Shown here piece after piece: positions 10,470 through 19,920 of a stretch of DNA of 64,000 nucleotides. Made by a program: the position numbers and the translations under genes. Location of the stretch: positions 768,001-832,000 of the forward strand of contig CAVWVI010000003.1 of the NCBI GenBank assembly GCA_963758495.1. The letters are read 5' to 3'. Numbering within the stretch: position 1 is the first letter of the stretch; each line of letters begins with the position of its first letter. The DNA is from Oligoflexia bacterium (GTDB lineage Bacteria; Bdellovibrionota; UBA1018). The notes beneath the pieces are model-generated. The model worked only from the letters and a program-made list of their open reading frames with translations, had not been told where the DNA came from and did no database searches.

Positions 10470-11731
10470 TAATCAATACGATGGAGTTCAAAACCTCGAT
10501 GGAGGCACTCCACAGCTCGTTTCATTTCAGATTCTGCAATCAGACAAGAAATTTTGATTTCAGAAGTCGTAATTAATTTAATATTCACTTCTGATTCAGC
10601 CAACAATCCAAACATCTTGGACGCAACCCCAGGATGATGTTGCATTCCCACTCCTACAATACTGACTTTCGCAAGTGCCTCTTCTTCTGTAATTCGCATG
10701 GTCTGAAAATATGTTTTTTTCAACTCTTCTAGGACCTTTTTAGCACTTAGAAAATCTGACTTACCTACCGTAAAACTCAAAGTGAGCAATCCATTCGAAG
10801 GAATGTCCTGAACAATAATATCGACAACGATCGCCGAAGCCGACAGAGCACCAAAAATTTTTGCAGCTACGCCAGGAATATCCAAAATATTTTGAAGAGT
10901 GAATTTAACTTGCGCCGGATCTGCAGCCACTCCCGCAACAACTACGTGTTCCATTTTACTCCCTAAAGCTTCCTGTGACACCACTCTTGTACCCTCCACT
11001 GAAGCAAAACTTGACCGAACATGTAACGGTAGACGATACTTGGCCGCGAGTTCTACTGAACGAATTTGAAGAACTTTAGCCCCAAGACTCGCCAACTCCA
11101 TCATTTCCTCGTAGCAGATTTGTTTCATTTTCTTGGCTTGATTGCAAAGTCTAGGATCGGTTGTATAGACCCCATCAACGTCCGTATAGATTTCGCAATC
11201 ATCTGCCTTTAAGGCTGCAGCGATTGCTACCGCACTTGTATCAGATCCCCCACGACCTAAAGTTGTAATATTATTCTCAGGATCGACCCCTTGAAATCCC
11301 GCGATCACCGGAATGACATGTTGAATGATCTCTTGATTCAGCAGAGAGGTGTCAATGGCCTGAATTCGAGCCTTTGAAAAAATACTGTCCGTCAGAATTC
11401 CAATTTGATACCCAAGAAAACCTCTGGCTGCGTGTTTTCTCCCTTTTAAAGTTCCACGCCTTTCAGCTTCGGCATTAATCGCCAGAGTCACTAAACCTAC
11501 TGCGATCTGCTCCCCACTCGCAATCAGCATGTCGTATTCAGGTGAAAAAGGCAGAGGATGAATTCGGGTTGCCAGGTCAACCAAGCGATTGGTCTCGCCA
11601 GACATAGCTGAGACCACTAAAACAATATCATCTCCGCGCTCCTGACAATCCAAAGCCCAGCGTGCAACATGCTGGATTCTTTCGATTGTACCTACTGATG
11701 TGCCTCCAAACTTTTGTACGATTAATGCCAT
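10469..11731 (-). CDS. lysC: Aspartate kinase
   Basis: VQKFGGTSV, TLGRGGSDTSA, DVDGVYTTDP, two ACT domains ending TSEIKIS. Confidence 0.95.
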   Translation of the reverse strand: MALIVQKFGGTSVGTIERIQHVARWALDCQERGDDIVLVVSAMSGETNRLVDLATRIHPLPFSPEYDMLIASGEQIAVGLVTLAINAEAERRGTLKGRKHAARGFLGYQIGILTDSIFSKARIQAIDTSLLNQEIIQHVIPVIAGFQGVDPENNITTLGRGGSDTSAVAIAAALKADDCEIYTDVDGVYTTDPRLCNQAKKMKQICYEEMMELASLGAKVLQIRSVELAAKYRLPLHVRSSFASVEGTRVVSQEALGSKMEHVVVAGVAADPAQVKFTLQNILDIPGVAAKIFGALSASAIVVDIIVQDIPSNGLLTLSFTVGKSDFLSAKKVLEELKKTYFQTMRITEEEALAKVSIVGVGMQHHPGVASKMFGLLAESEVNIKLITTSEIKISCLIAESEMKRAVECLHRGFELHRID

Positions 11732-11850
11732 TTGAACCTAACTTTTAACAAGCCTACAAAATTTACGTTAAAAAGCAATGAAAACCCCATTTGGTTTTCC
11801 TACTTGCGAAAATCTTCTCCCCTGCATTATAAGTCTGGGGAGGCAAATTC

Positions 11851-12636
11851 ATGTTAAATACATCAAAAAAACCATTTGAAGGTAAAAAAGCACTGATCCT
11901 AGGCGTCGCCAATGAGCGAAGTCTGGCTTGGTCAATCGCTCAGCACTTGCATCAGGGAGGCGCAACGCTCGGATTTAACTTTTTGGGTGACGCACTGGAA
12001 CGTCGAGTACGTCCTCTCGCCGAATCCGTTCAAGCTGATTTGATTGAGCCATGTAACGTCGCAAGCGATACAGAACTCGATGCTTTTTTTAGTCAGGTCA
12101 AAACCAAGTGGGGCGGATTGGATATTTTGATTCACTCGGTTGCTTTTGCAAATCGTGAGGATTTAGAAGGTCGATTTGTAAACACCTCTAGAGAAGGTTT
12201 CCGAACTGCGTTAGACATTAGTGCCTATAGCTTAATTGCAACTGCCCAAAGGGCAGAACCCCTCATGGAAGGTAGAGAAGGAGCTATTCTCACTCTATCC
12301 TATTATGGCGCTCAAAAGGTCGTCCCCAATTATAATGTCATGGGTGTAGCAAAAGCTGCACTTGAGGCAAGTGTCAGGTACTTGGCTTATGATTTGGGCC
12401 AAAAGAAAATTCGAGTCAATGCTATTTCCGCTGGTCCCGTCAAAACACTTGCCGCAGCAGGAATACGTAATTTCCGCACCATGCTTTCGGCTGATCAAGA
12501 AAAAAATCCACTACATGAAAATATTACGGGTGATGACGTAGGAGCATTAGCGGCTTTTCTTTGCTCTCCTCTTGGTAGACATATCACCGGCAGCACGCTC
12601 TATGTGGATAGCGGTGCTCATATTATGGGCGCTTAA
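11851..12636 (+). CDS. fabI: Enoyl-ACP reductase FabI
   Basis: GVANERSLAW, YNVMGVAKAALE, ISAGPVKTLAA. Confidence 0.95.
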   Translation: MLNTSKKPFEGKKALILGVANERSLAWSIAQHLHQGGATLGFNFLGDALERRVRPLAESVQADLIEPCNVASDTELDAFFSQVKTKWGGLDILIHSVAFANREDLEGRFVNTSREGFRTALDISAYSLIATAQRAEPLMEGREGAILTLSYYGAQKVVPNYNVMGVAKAALEASVRYLAYDLGQKKIRVNAISAGPVKTLAAAGIRNFRTMLSADQEKNPLHENITGDDVGALAAFLCSPLGRHITGSTLYVDSGAHIMGA

Positions 12637-13593
12637 ATGCAAACAGAACTTCATCGTCATTTAGATATTTCCCTGAGACCTGAAACACTACTGGAATTAG
12701 CCCAAGAACGAGGACTAGAATCTCAAAGTACGAGTCTGGAATCCTTTAAAAATAAAATCATTCTTCGTACGCCTCTTTCTAATTTATCTGCTGTACTCGC
12801 AACGTTTTCACTTTTCCAAAAAGTTTTAGACCATCCCAGTGTTCTAGAACGTGTTGCTTTTGAAGTGATTGAAGACTGTTGGAATGAAGGCACTCGCAAG
12901 GTTGAACTCCGCTATTCACCTAGTTTCGTTTCTGAATACAGCGGTCTTTCTTGGGAAGAGTCTTTAGCTGCTTTCCAAAGAGGTCTGAAGCGAGGCATAG
13001 AGAGATATCCAGAAATCAACGCAGGCTTAATCTGTATTGCAAGTCGTGATTATGGCGTAGAAAAGGTGGATGAAGGAGTCGAGTTTTTCTTAAAAAATTT
13101 TGAAAGTTTCGTCGGCTTAGACCTTGCTGGAAATGAAAATCAGTTTCCTTGTCGTCTTTTTGAATCATCATTTAAAAAAGCAATTCAAAAAAACGCTAAA
13201 ATTACGATTCATGCAGGAGAAGCATCCGGCCCAGAAAACATTTGGGAAGCGATCGAACTTCTAGGTGCCGTACGAATTGGGCATGGTATTTCGAGTATGC
13301 AAGACCCTGTACTTTTGAAATATTTGGCGGAAAAGCAGATCTGCTTAGAAATGTGTCCTACAAGTAACTGGCTAACCAGTGCTGTTCCAAGTATTGCGGA
13401 ACACCCACTGCCTCAAATCCTCAGAGCTGGAATTCCAGTTTGTATCAATACGGATGACCCAGGTATTTTTGGAGTCAGCCTCACCCATGAAATTCAAGTT
13501 TGCCGAGGAAAAATGGGAATGAACTTAGCTGAGATTCAAAAATGCCATGAACATGCCTCTCAAAGCAGCTTTTTGACGTCCATCCCTGCCTAA
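12637..13593 (+). CDS. add: Adenosine deaminase
   Basis: ELHRHLD, HAGE, RIGHG, CPTSN, NTDDP motifs. Confidence 0.92.
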   Translation: MQTELHRHLDISLRPETLLELAQERGLESQSTSLESFKNKIILRTPLSNLSAVLATFSLFQKVLDHPSVLERVAFEVIEDCWNEGTRKVELRYSPSFVSEYSGLSWEESLAAFQRGLKRGIERYPEINAGLICIASRDYGVEKVDEGVEFFLKNFESFVGLDLAGNENQFPCRLFESSFKKAIQKNAKITIHAGEASGPENIWEAIELLGAVRIGHGISSMQDPVLLKYLAEKQICLEMCPTSNWLTSAVPSIAEHPLPQILRAGIPVCINTDDPGIFGVSLTHEIQVCRGKMGMNLAEIQKCHEHASQSSFLTSIPA

Positions 13594-13638
13594 ATCAATA
13601 GGACCCCAACTGCAAAAAGTCGGGTCTAAAACTTCTAC

Positions 13639-13657
13639 GTAAGTAGTTCCTTTAGGG
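13639..13657 (-). repeat. Dispersed 19-bp repeat, copy B
   Basis: Plus strand GTAAGTAGTTCCTTTAGGG is the reverse complement of copy A. Confidence 0.85.
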
Positions 13658-13665
13658 GTGTTGAC

Positions 13666-13737
13666 AAGAACTGCCAGGAGCCCTGTTGCGCCGTAAAGAT
13701 TTGGATTCCCGGCGCAATAGGGCTCCTGGCAGTTCTT
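13666..13737. repeat. Long hairpin (28-bp stem, 16-nt loop) between convergent genes
   Basis: AAGAACTGCCAGGAGCCCTGTTGCGCCG / CGGCGCAATAGGGCTCCTGGCAGTTCTT with one G-T pair; loop TAAAGATTTGGATTCC. Confidence 0.9.
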
Positions 13738-13743
13738 ACACTT

Positions 13744-14727
13744 CTACATTGGATTGAGACCGTGGTTATCCTCTAACTTAATAAGTCTCTTTTTCAAAAT
13801 CTCACGCTGCTTCACTCTTGGATCAACGGTACAGGAATGCGCTTCAGGTCTGTAGTGCTTCTCGCAGAATTCACCGCCACATCCGCATTTGTCCATCAAA
13901 AGATGCTTCTTACACTTTGGAAAACTGCATTTTTGGGAAAAAAACTGATTACTTGAATCGTGAACCGATTGAGAACCTGCATTCACAAAAGCCGTTGAAT
14001 GGGCAACCTCTTCATTTGTCTTTGGAGCTGCTTGTGCAGCTGTCTTTCTAGCTATCTGTGCAGCTACTTCATTTAACTGAAGCAAATACTCTAAATTTAA
14101 ATCACTATCATTTTCGTGATCACCTTCGATTTTTTCGAGCATCTTTTCAGGGTTAAAATCCGTTTCTAATTTTGTATCAATCACTTTTTCAGCTATTGAT
14201 TTTCTTATTTCAAATGAAATTCCAAGCTCATCGTTTCTTAAGCTTTTTTCAACGTCTGACAATAACTCACTAATCATGACAGTAACGTCAGTATTAAACA
14301 TTTGAACATAAGCAATTACTTTGTCTTTTTGCTCGCAAGCCTCTAAGGAGGCCTCGATCAAATCAGCACGTGCCTTTGAAAAATCATAATCCAATGCAAT
14401 CTGCTCTCGTGTAAACTCATCTTCTGAAGCGTTTAAGCGTTTACGCTGCATACTCAGAAGTAGCTGCTCTCGATTCCTATTTTCTTTTAAATGATCATCC
14501 AGAGTCTCATACTCTGAAGGACAGTATTTTTTCATGACTAGATTATGGAACCTTTTAAGCATGATAGCGAAATTCTTACTCAAGTTAAATTGAGCTGCCG
14601 TCATAAAATCATCCGCTTCATCCGCCCACGTCGTGCGAATGGTCTCGTAACCGCACAACGAAAATAAAAGTAGACCGATGAAAAAACTCGAAAAAGATTT
14701 TCCTTTTAAAACAGACTGAAATTTCAT
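13744..14727 (-). CDS. Secreted protein with C-terminal AN1-type zinc finger
   Basis: Signal peptide ending TWA; helical middle; C-x4-C-x8-C-x-C-x4-C-x2-H-x5-H-x-C (CSFPKC...CGCGGEFCEKHYRPEAHSC); GGGAG RBS. Confidence 0.8.
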   Translation of the reverse strand: MKFQSVLKGKSFSSFFIGLLLFSLCGYETIRTTWADEADDFMTAAQFNLSKNFAIMLKRFHNLVMKKYCPSEYETLDDHLKENRNREQLLLSMQRKRLNASEDEFTREQIALDYDFSKARADLIEASLEACEQKDKVIAYVQMFNTDVTVMISELLSDVEKSLRNDELGISFEIRKSIAEKVIDTKLETDFNPEKMLEKIEGDHENDSDLNLEYLLQLNEVAAQIARKTAAQAAPKTNEEVAHSTAFVNAGSQSVHDSSNQFFSQKCSFPKCKKHLLMDKCGCGGEFCEKHYRPEAHSCTVDPRVKQREILKKRLIKLEDNHGLNPM

Positions 14728-14925
14728 TTTTTACTCCCACAACAGATTTACTAACTGCGTCAATACCTTAAAAAACTAGGAATGCCAATTTTTTTTCAAT
14801 TCTTTTCCAATCCTTTTAAAAACAAATTAAAAATTTCATTTCCTATCGATTCAGCCCCTCACGAAATGTGTCATTTGTGATACAAAGTAAAGATTCTAAT
14901 CTCCTAACATCTCAAACGGAGCCCT

Positions 14926-17160
14926 ATGCACCTCATGCCTTTAATTCATGACCTAGCCATTATTCTTGCTGTCGCCGGCATTGTATCTCTTATTTTTCAA
15001 AAAATACGGCAACCCGTGGTCTTAGGATATATTACCGCTGGAATTATCGTCGGCCCGTATACCCCACCCTACTCTTTGGTCACCGATATCGGTGGTATTA
15101 AAATCTGGGCAGAATTGGGCGTCATCTTTTTAATGTTTAGCTTGGGCTTGGAATTTAGCTTCCGCAAGCTCGCCTCCGTAGGGCTCTCGGCTGGAAGTAC
15201 GGCATTATTTGAAGTCATTTCCATGCTCTCTTTAGGTTTTTTAGCAGGAAAAGTTCTGGGTTGGTCTTCAATGGATAGCCTCTTTTTAGGTGCTATGCTT
15301 TCCATTTCCTCCACCACAATCATTATTAAGGCTCTTGATGAATTAAAGCTCAAAAGCCATCATTTCGCAGAAATCATTTTTGGCGTTCTGATTGTCGAAG
15401 ATCTTGTCGCAATTCTTATCTTAGTCGTACTGTCTACTATCGCCGCTGGGAAGTCAATTTCTGGCCTTGCCATTCTTGTTGCTGCTGGAAAGTTAGTCTT
15501 GGTCATTGGGGGATGGATTCTTGCAGGATATTTTATAGTTCCTGAACTCATTCGTTACGTGAGCCAAGTCGGGAACAATGAGATGATGACCATTGTTTCC
15601 CTCGCTCTCTGCCTTCTCTTAGTTGTATTTTCAGCATTTTTTGAATACTCCGTGGCTTTGGGTGCATTCATCATGGGTTCAATCCTGGCAGAAAGCACTG
15701 AATCTCATAGAATTGAAGAAAGAATGGAATCGCTGCGTGACGTTTTTGCAGCGATTTTCTTTGTGTCCGTTGGGATGCTGATTGATCCTATTGCCCTTTG
15801 GCACAATAAAGGTGCGGTAGCTTTCATCACGGTGATCACCATTATCGGAAAAGTGCTGAGCACCACAATAGGCGCTCTGATCTCTGGACAAACCCTACGC
15901 ACTTCTATCCAAGTTGGATTTGGTCTCACCCAAATTGGAGAATTCTCTTTTATCATTGCGGGCCTGGGAGTTACCCTCGGAGTCACTAGCGATTTTCTCT
16001 ACCCCGTCGGAGTTGCTGTATCCCTCATCACTACCTTCACTACCCCTTACATGATTCGACTGTCCTATCGGTTTGCAGCTTTTATTGAGACCAAAATACC
16101 AAACCGCGTCAAAACTATTCTTACAGCCTATGCATCTTGGACTCAAAAGAAGCGGGCTGATGCAACCCGCAATCAAGAGTTTTATCAACTTCTACTCAGA
16201 TGGGTCATCAACGGTCTTATTGTTTCTATGATTTTCGTATTGTCTGGTGAGGTAGTACTTCCTATTATTTGGGAAAAGATTTCTAATTCGAATGGCTCCA
16301 GCGCCGCAAGCTGGTTGGGTACCGCGCTGATCTCTGCTCCTTTTATTTGGGGAATGTTGACTACTTTTAAAGATTTTGAAATTAAAACTCTCAATCGCAT
16401 CGGGCCACATGGGGGTGCTTTAGTTATTTCTCGACTAGCCGCCGCTCTTTGGTTAGGTGCTCTGAGTCTTGAGTTTTTTCCGGTGAAGAATGTAATCCCG
16501 ATCGTATTCGTATTGCTCTTTGGACTTTTTGTGCTTCTTTATAAGCAAATCGAGACTTCTTACCATTGGCTGGAAAAACGGTTTATGCAGACATTTGAAG
16601 CAAAGGAGAAATCCAAGTTTCAAGAAAGCCAATTTCGCCACCTTGCCCCCTGGGATGCACATCTCGTCAGAATTAAAGTCCATCCCAATGCCGGTATTGT
16701 AGGGAAGAGCATAGCAGAAAGCCGTATTCGAACCCGATTTGGATCCAGTATTGTGGCCATTCAAAGAGGGCTAAAAACAATTGTAGCTCCAAACCCAAAT
16801 GAAATTATTTTTCCTAAAGATGAGTTACTCCTTCTGGGAACAGATGAACAATTGGACGCTATTCATCCCGAAATTGAAAAACCCCTAGGACTTGAAGATC
16901 CCCTACACACTATTTTTAACTACGAACTCAAGCAAATCCTCATTACAGAAACCTCATCCTTAAAAGATCAGAGTATTCGAGCCTCAAATATTCGAGAAAA
17001 CTATGAAGCTATGATTGTGGGTATTGAAAGAGCCGATCAAAGGATCATGAACCCTGAATCCGATATGAAGCTCAAGGGTGGGGATACCCTTTGGGTGGTA
17101 GGAGAGAAGGAAAAGTTAGATCAACTCGTGTCTCAGTTTGTCTCTGAAATTAATTTTTAA
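14926..17160 (+). CDS. CPA2-family cation/H+ antiporter with two C-terminal TrkA-C (RCK_C) domains
   Basis: LGLEFS, SSTTII, EDL, FFVSVG, QIGEFSF motifs; two RCK_C-like repeats. Confidence 0.9.
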   Translation: MHLMPLIHDLAIILAVAGIVSLIFQKIRQPVVLGYITAGIIVGPYTPPYSLVTDIGGIKIWAELGVIFLMFSLGLEFSFRKLASVGLSAGSTALFEVISMLSLGFLAGKVLGWSSMDSLFLGAMLSISSTTIIIKALDELKLKSHHFAEIIFGVLIVEDLVAILILVVLSTIAAGKSISGLAILVAAGKLVLVIGGWILAGYFIVPELIRYVSQVGNNEMMTIVSLALCLLLVVFSAFFEYSVALGAFIMGSILAESTESHRIEERMESLRDVFAAIFFVSVGMLIDPIALWHNKGAVAFITVITIIGKVLSTTIGALISGQTLRTSIQVGFGLTQIGEFSFIIAGLGVTLGVTSDFLYPVGVAVSLITTFTTPYMIRLSYRFAAFIETKIPNRVKTILTAYASWTQKKRADATRNQEFYQLLLRWVINGLIVSMIFVLSGEVVLPIIWEKISNSNGSSAASWLGTALISAPFIWGMLTTFKDFEIKTLNRIGPHGGALVISRLAAALWLGALSLEFFPVKNVIPIVFVLLFGLFVLLYKQIETSYHWLEKRFMQTFEAKEKSKFQESQFRHLAPWDAHLVRIKVHPNAGIVGKSIAESRIRTRFGSSIVAIQRGLKTIVAPNPNEIIFPKDELLLLGTDEQLDAIHPEIEKPLGLEDPLHTIFNYELKQILITETSSLKDQSIRASNIRENYEAMIVGIERADQRIMNPESDMKLKGGDTLWVVGEKEKLDQLVSQFVSEINF

Positions 17161-17178
17161 AATATTTTATTTTGCCAC

Positions 17179-17207
17179 TTGCATTCGTCCAAAAGAGAAT
17201 ATATAAA
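17179..17207 (+). promoter_or_regulatory. Putative sigma70 promoter for sRNA candidate
   Basis: TTGCAT-N17-TATAAA. Confidence 0.55.
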
Positions 17208-17212
17208 TGGTT

Positions 17213-17320
17213 CATATTTTGGGTTTTCATGGGTACCCCACTTCCCCCCCACACACTGAATGTGGTACCCGTGGCTATAAAGGACCCGGAGGCTAGTTCC
17301 TCCGGGTCCTTTATTTTTTT
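17213..17320 (+). ncRNA. Candidate small RNA with C-rich loop
   Basis: Promoter, then stem CATGGGTACC/GGTACCCGTG enclosing CTTCCCCCCC, then an intrinsic terminator; no annotated ORF. Confidence 0.5.
17277..17320 (+). terminator. Rho-independent terminator
   Basis: ATAAAGGACCCGGAGG-ctagtt-CCTCCGGGTCCTTTAT followed by a T run. Confidence 0.9.
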
Positions 17321-17398
17321 ATAAAATCAACTATTTCCCCATCTTATCGTAACCATTTGGCTTTTGCCCTTCCTGTAAGGCAAAATCTTTCCATATAT

Positions 17399-17416
17399 GT
17401 AAACAGTTCCTTTAGG
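17399..17416 (-). repeat. Variant of the 19-bp repeat (CCTAAAGGAACTGTTTAC), copy D
   Basis: 16 of 18 identical to the repeat core. Confidence 0.65.
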
Positions 17417-17463
17417 ACTCCTTACAGCGCTTACCATATATCCAATTGTGGTATTCTTAAGCC

Positions 17464-18084
17464 ATGTCTAAAAATACGCCTAATCATCTTCAGGGTGTTC
17501 AAGTCCTTTTCATCTTTCTATCATTAAGCATCACAAGCACTCACACCTGGGCAAATGAATCAAACCCAACTCCGCCACTCCCCGCACTCGATGACGAAGG
17601 ACAAGCCGAATTACTCCAATACAAGGAGAATCTAAAAAACCAAATCACTCCTCTGAATCGTTTAAACCCACTCAGTCCCGACTTTAATAAAAATCAGGCT
17701 CCTACCCCTGGCATTTCGCAAATCTCGGATCAACTGCAACAACTCTCTCCTCGAATCGAGGAGCTATTAAAAAACCCCAGCCTACAAGGTATTCTCCGAA
17801 TCTCTTCGGACCCCGACTTAGCCAACAAGACAAAAGAAATCCTCAACCATCCAGACAGACTCCGTCTTATTTATGCGCAAATGGGTTGGCTCATTTTTTT
17901 CTTTCTTTTCCGAACATGGAGATCCTCTAAACTATCTCATGGCCAATGGATCCGTAGCCTTTGGCTAAAATTTTGGACTCTCCTCCTCTATGTAACAGTG
18001 ACGGGATTAATTATTCCGGGATTGATATTAGGTGATTTATACAAACAATGGCTTACCCTTGCGTATCATGCCGCTTTTCGATAG
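17464..18084 (+). CDS. Hypothetical protein with signal peptide and C-terminal TM helices
   Basis: Signal ending TWA, Pro/Gln-rich middle, two hydrophobic C-terminal segments. Confidence 0.7.
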   Translation: MSKNTPNHLQGVQVLFIFLSLSITSTHTWANESNPTPPLPALDDEGQAELLQYKENLKNQITPLNRLNPLSPDFNKNQAPTPGISQISDQLQQLSPRIEELLKNPSLQGILRISSDPDLANKTKEILNHPDRLRLIYAQMGWLIFFFLFRTWRSSKLSHGQWIRSLWLKFWTLLLYVTVTGLIIPGLILGDLYKQWLTLAYHAAFR

Positions 18085-18836
18085 TTCTGGGCATTCAGGT
18101 GATGCCTTCTTAAAAGCCTTAGAAAATTACTACGATCTAACTTCGCTTCACGTGCAGCGGCGGAAACATTCCCATGATTGCGATTTAAAATTGAAACTAA
18201 ATATTCTTGTTCAAATGTGTCAGACCATCTCCTTTTATACTGAGTAAAGCTGAGATCACTTTTTTCAATAGCATTTTGATCCGACCGTACTAGCCGCAAC
18301 AAGGGTCCTTGTGTCTGGCCCTGCTGACCTTCAGGCTGACTTTGAAGCTGACCTTCAAGTTGACCTTCAAGTTGAGAAGACGAAGGAGGAGCAGCCGACC
18401 CACGAGCTTCCATTTCCTGAAGTCTGGTTTGCAGCATTTTGATCAGCTCTTGTGAAGAATGATCTGATAGATATTTATCATAGCATCGACTCACAGCTTC
18501 GCTGAGTTCACCTAAATCAAAAGGTTTCTCAAAAAAGTCAGAAACGCCACATCGGAACGCTTTTACCGCCAGTTGTGAATCATGATTTTGGGTAGTCACA
18601 ATAATTTTGACGTGGGGATGACTTTGATTCAATTGCTTGACCCAAGCAAAACCACTTGAGGGGTGCGCATTCAATTCCAAAATGAGAATATTCAGCTCTC
18701 GACCTTCGACAAAAAAAGGCTGAGCTTCATCTCTATTGGCAGCAAACCACACCTCATGCCCATCTTGAACTAGCTTGGAATGCAAAAGCTGACTAAGAGA
18801 TTTTTCCTGTTCTACCACTAAAATACGAGCCTTCAT
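18066..18836 (-). CDS. Atypical response regulator: degenerate REC domain plus Fis-type HTH, no AAA+ domain
   Basis: N-terminal REC (ILVVEQE...ILELN...FEKPF); C-terminal GNVSAAAREAKLDRSNFLRLL HTH. Confidence 0.85.
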   Translation of the reverse strand: MKARILVVEQEKSLSQLLHSKLVQDGHEVWFAANRDEAQPFFVEGRELNILILELNAHPSSGFAWVKQLNQSHPHVKIIVTTQNHDSQLAVKAFRCGVSDFFEKPFDLGELSEAVSRCYDKYLSDHSSQELIKMLQTRLQEMEARGSAAPPSSSQLEGQLEGQLQSQPEGQQGQTQGPLLRLVRSDQNAIEKSDLSFTQYKRRWSDTFEQEYLVSILNRNHGNVSAAAREAKLDRSNFLRLLRRHHLNAQNYRKAA

Positions 18837-18865
18837 CTCTTCTCCCCCAAAGTATCGTATTATTT

Positions 18866-18893
18866 TTATCGGAAATAGTGTGTCGGAACTTGA
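18866..18893 (-). promoter_or_regulatory. Putative sigma28 (FliA) promoter
   Basis: Minus strand TCAAGTTC-N12-TCCGATAA, about 30 nt upstream of ATG 18836. Confidence 0.55.
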
Positions 18894-19276
18894 GTGCAGA
18901 AATTATTTTATCGAATCGCTTCATTTTACCGTCAAAATCGCATCAAAATGTTGTGATTCCTTGCCACTTATGATGGGAATAGGTTGTGGTCCAAGAAAAA
19001 AAACTCAGCCATCGGCAATTACAGATATTAGAAATTATTAATTAAAACAGTAAGTTGTACACCTCTGAACTGCTGCAAAAAACGTATTCAAATTATCATT
19101 CCGAAGTGTCGACGAAACAGAATACAAAAAGGCGATTCTTCTTTTTTATGAACGTAATAATATTTCTGCATTTAAGAAAATCTTTTTAGAGCAATCAGAA
19201 ATTGCAGTACGAAATTACTTTAGAAGTCGAGCTTAGAAGTCTGATTTGTATTCGAAACTTTAATTTAAACTTTAAA

Positions 19277-19711
19277 CTACCTCAACACTCCGCCCGATTC
19301 ATGAGCGGGCTCAATCCATTTCACAGCAATGGCTTGCGCAAGAACCTGTCCTTCCATTCCATCGTCTGAACACTCAGGGGTTGAATAGGTTTCTTGTCGC
19401 CCATCCTCTAGAAATACCACTGACTTAAGATCAATAACCGCATCCCCTCCCTTTTCCTTTGCCATGTGAATTAGATCGCGAGCTGCTTTATTGAAATAAT
19501 TTTGACAGAGTTCGGCTTCTTCGCGGGCTGGATCCAGTGAAGGGTAATTCACTTTAGCTCGCACGAGACCTAAAGTTTTGTAGGAACGCTTTACATTACC
19601 GATGAAAGCTGCCTCTTTTGGAAAAGAGTACACTTTTTTAGAAGTTGAGGGAAGAGTACTGCACGCTACAATCCCAACCACCCCAATGAGAGACAAGAGT
19701 CTGAGCATCAT
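19277..19711 (-). CDS. Lipoprotein, YbjQ/heavy-metal-binding-like fold
   Basis: IVAC lipobox; AKEKGGDAVI motif. Confidence 0.7.
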   Translation of the reverse strand: MMLRLLSLIGVVGIVACSTLPSTSKKVYSFPKEAAFIGNVKRSYKTLGLVRAKVNYPSLDPAREEAELCQNYFNKAARDLIHMAKEKGGDAVIDLKSVVFLEDGRQETYSTPECSDDGMEGQVLAQAIAVKWIEPAHESGGVLR

Positions 19712-19877
19712 AAGAAAAGTCTAACACAAGAAGCTAAAACATGAAGAATAAAGTTTTTTACTTTATATTTAATATTTTTGCCATATTTTTTTCCAGATGT
19801 AAACTCTTTAGATAGGTTTATTCTTCAAAAGTAGTCCTACTATATACTAACAATATGTAATTATTTATTTTTCTCCA

Positions 19878-19893
19878 TGGCCTCCTACTTGCA
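19878..19893 (+). promoter_or_regulatory. Putative sigma54 promoter
   Basis: TGGC-N7-TTGCA ending 27 nt upstream of the RING gene ATG. Confidence 0.6.
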
Positions 19894-19920
19894 ATCACAC
19901 CAGCATTCGAGGAGCGAAAT

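Noticed and set aside
4610..13657. Inverted 19-bp copies A and B as ends of a 9-kb transposon
   Set aside because: Interior is housekeeping genes with no transposase, and no target duplication is visible.
13666..13737. Hairpins as integron attC sites
   Set aside because: No RYYYAAC/GTTRRRY ends, no typical extrahelical bases, no cassette array or integrase.
14772..14788. Sigma54 promoter for the AN1 gene
   Set aside because: The -24 TGGCA is present on the minus strand but the -12 TTGC is absent.
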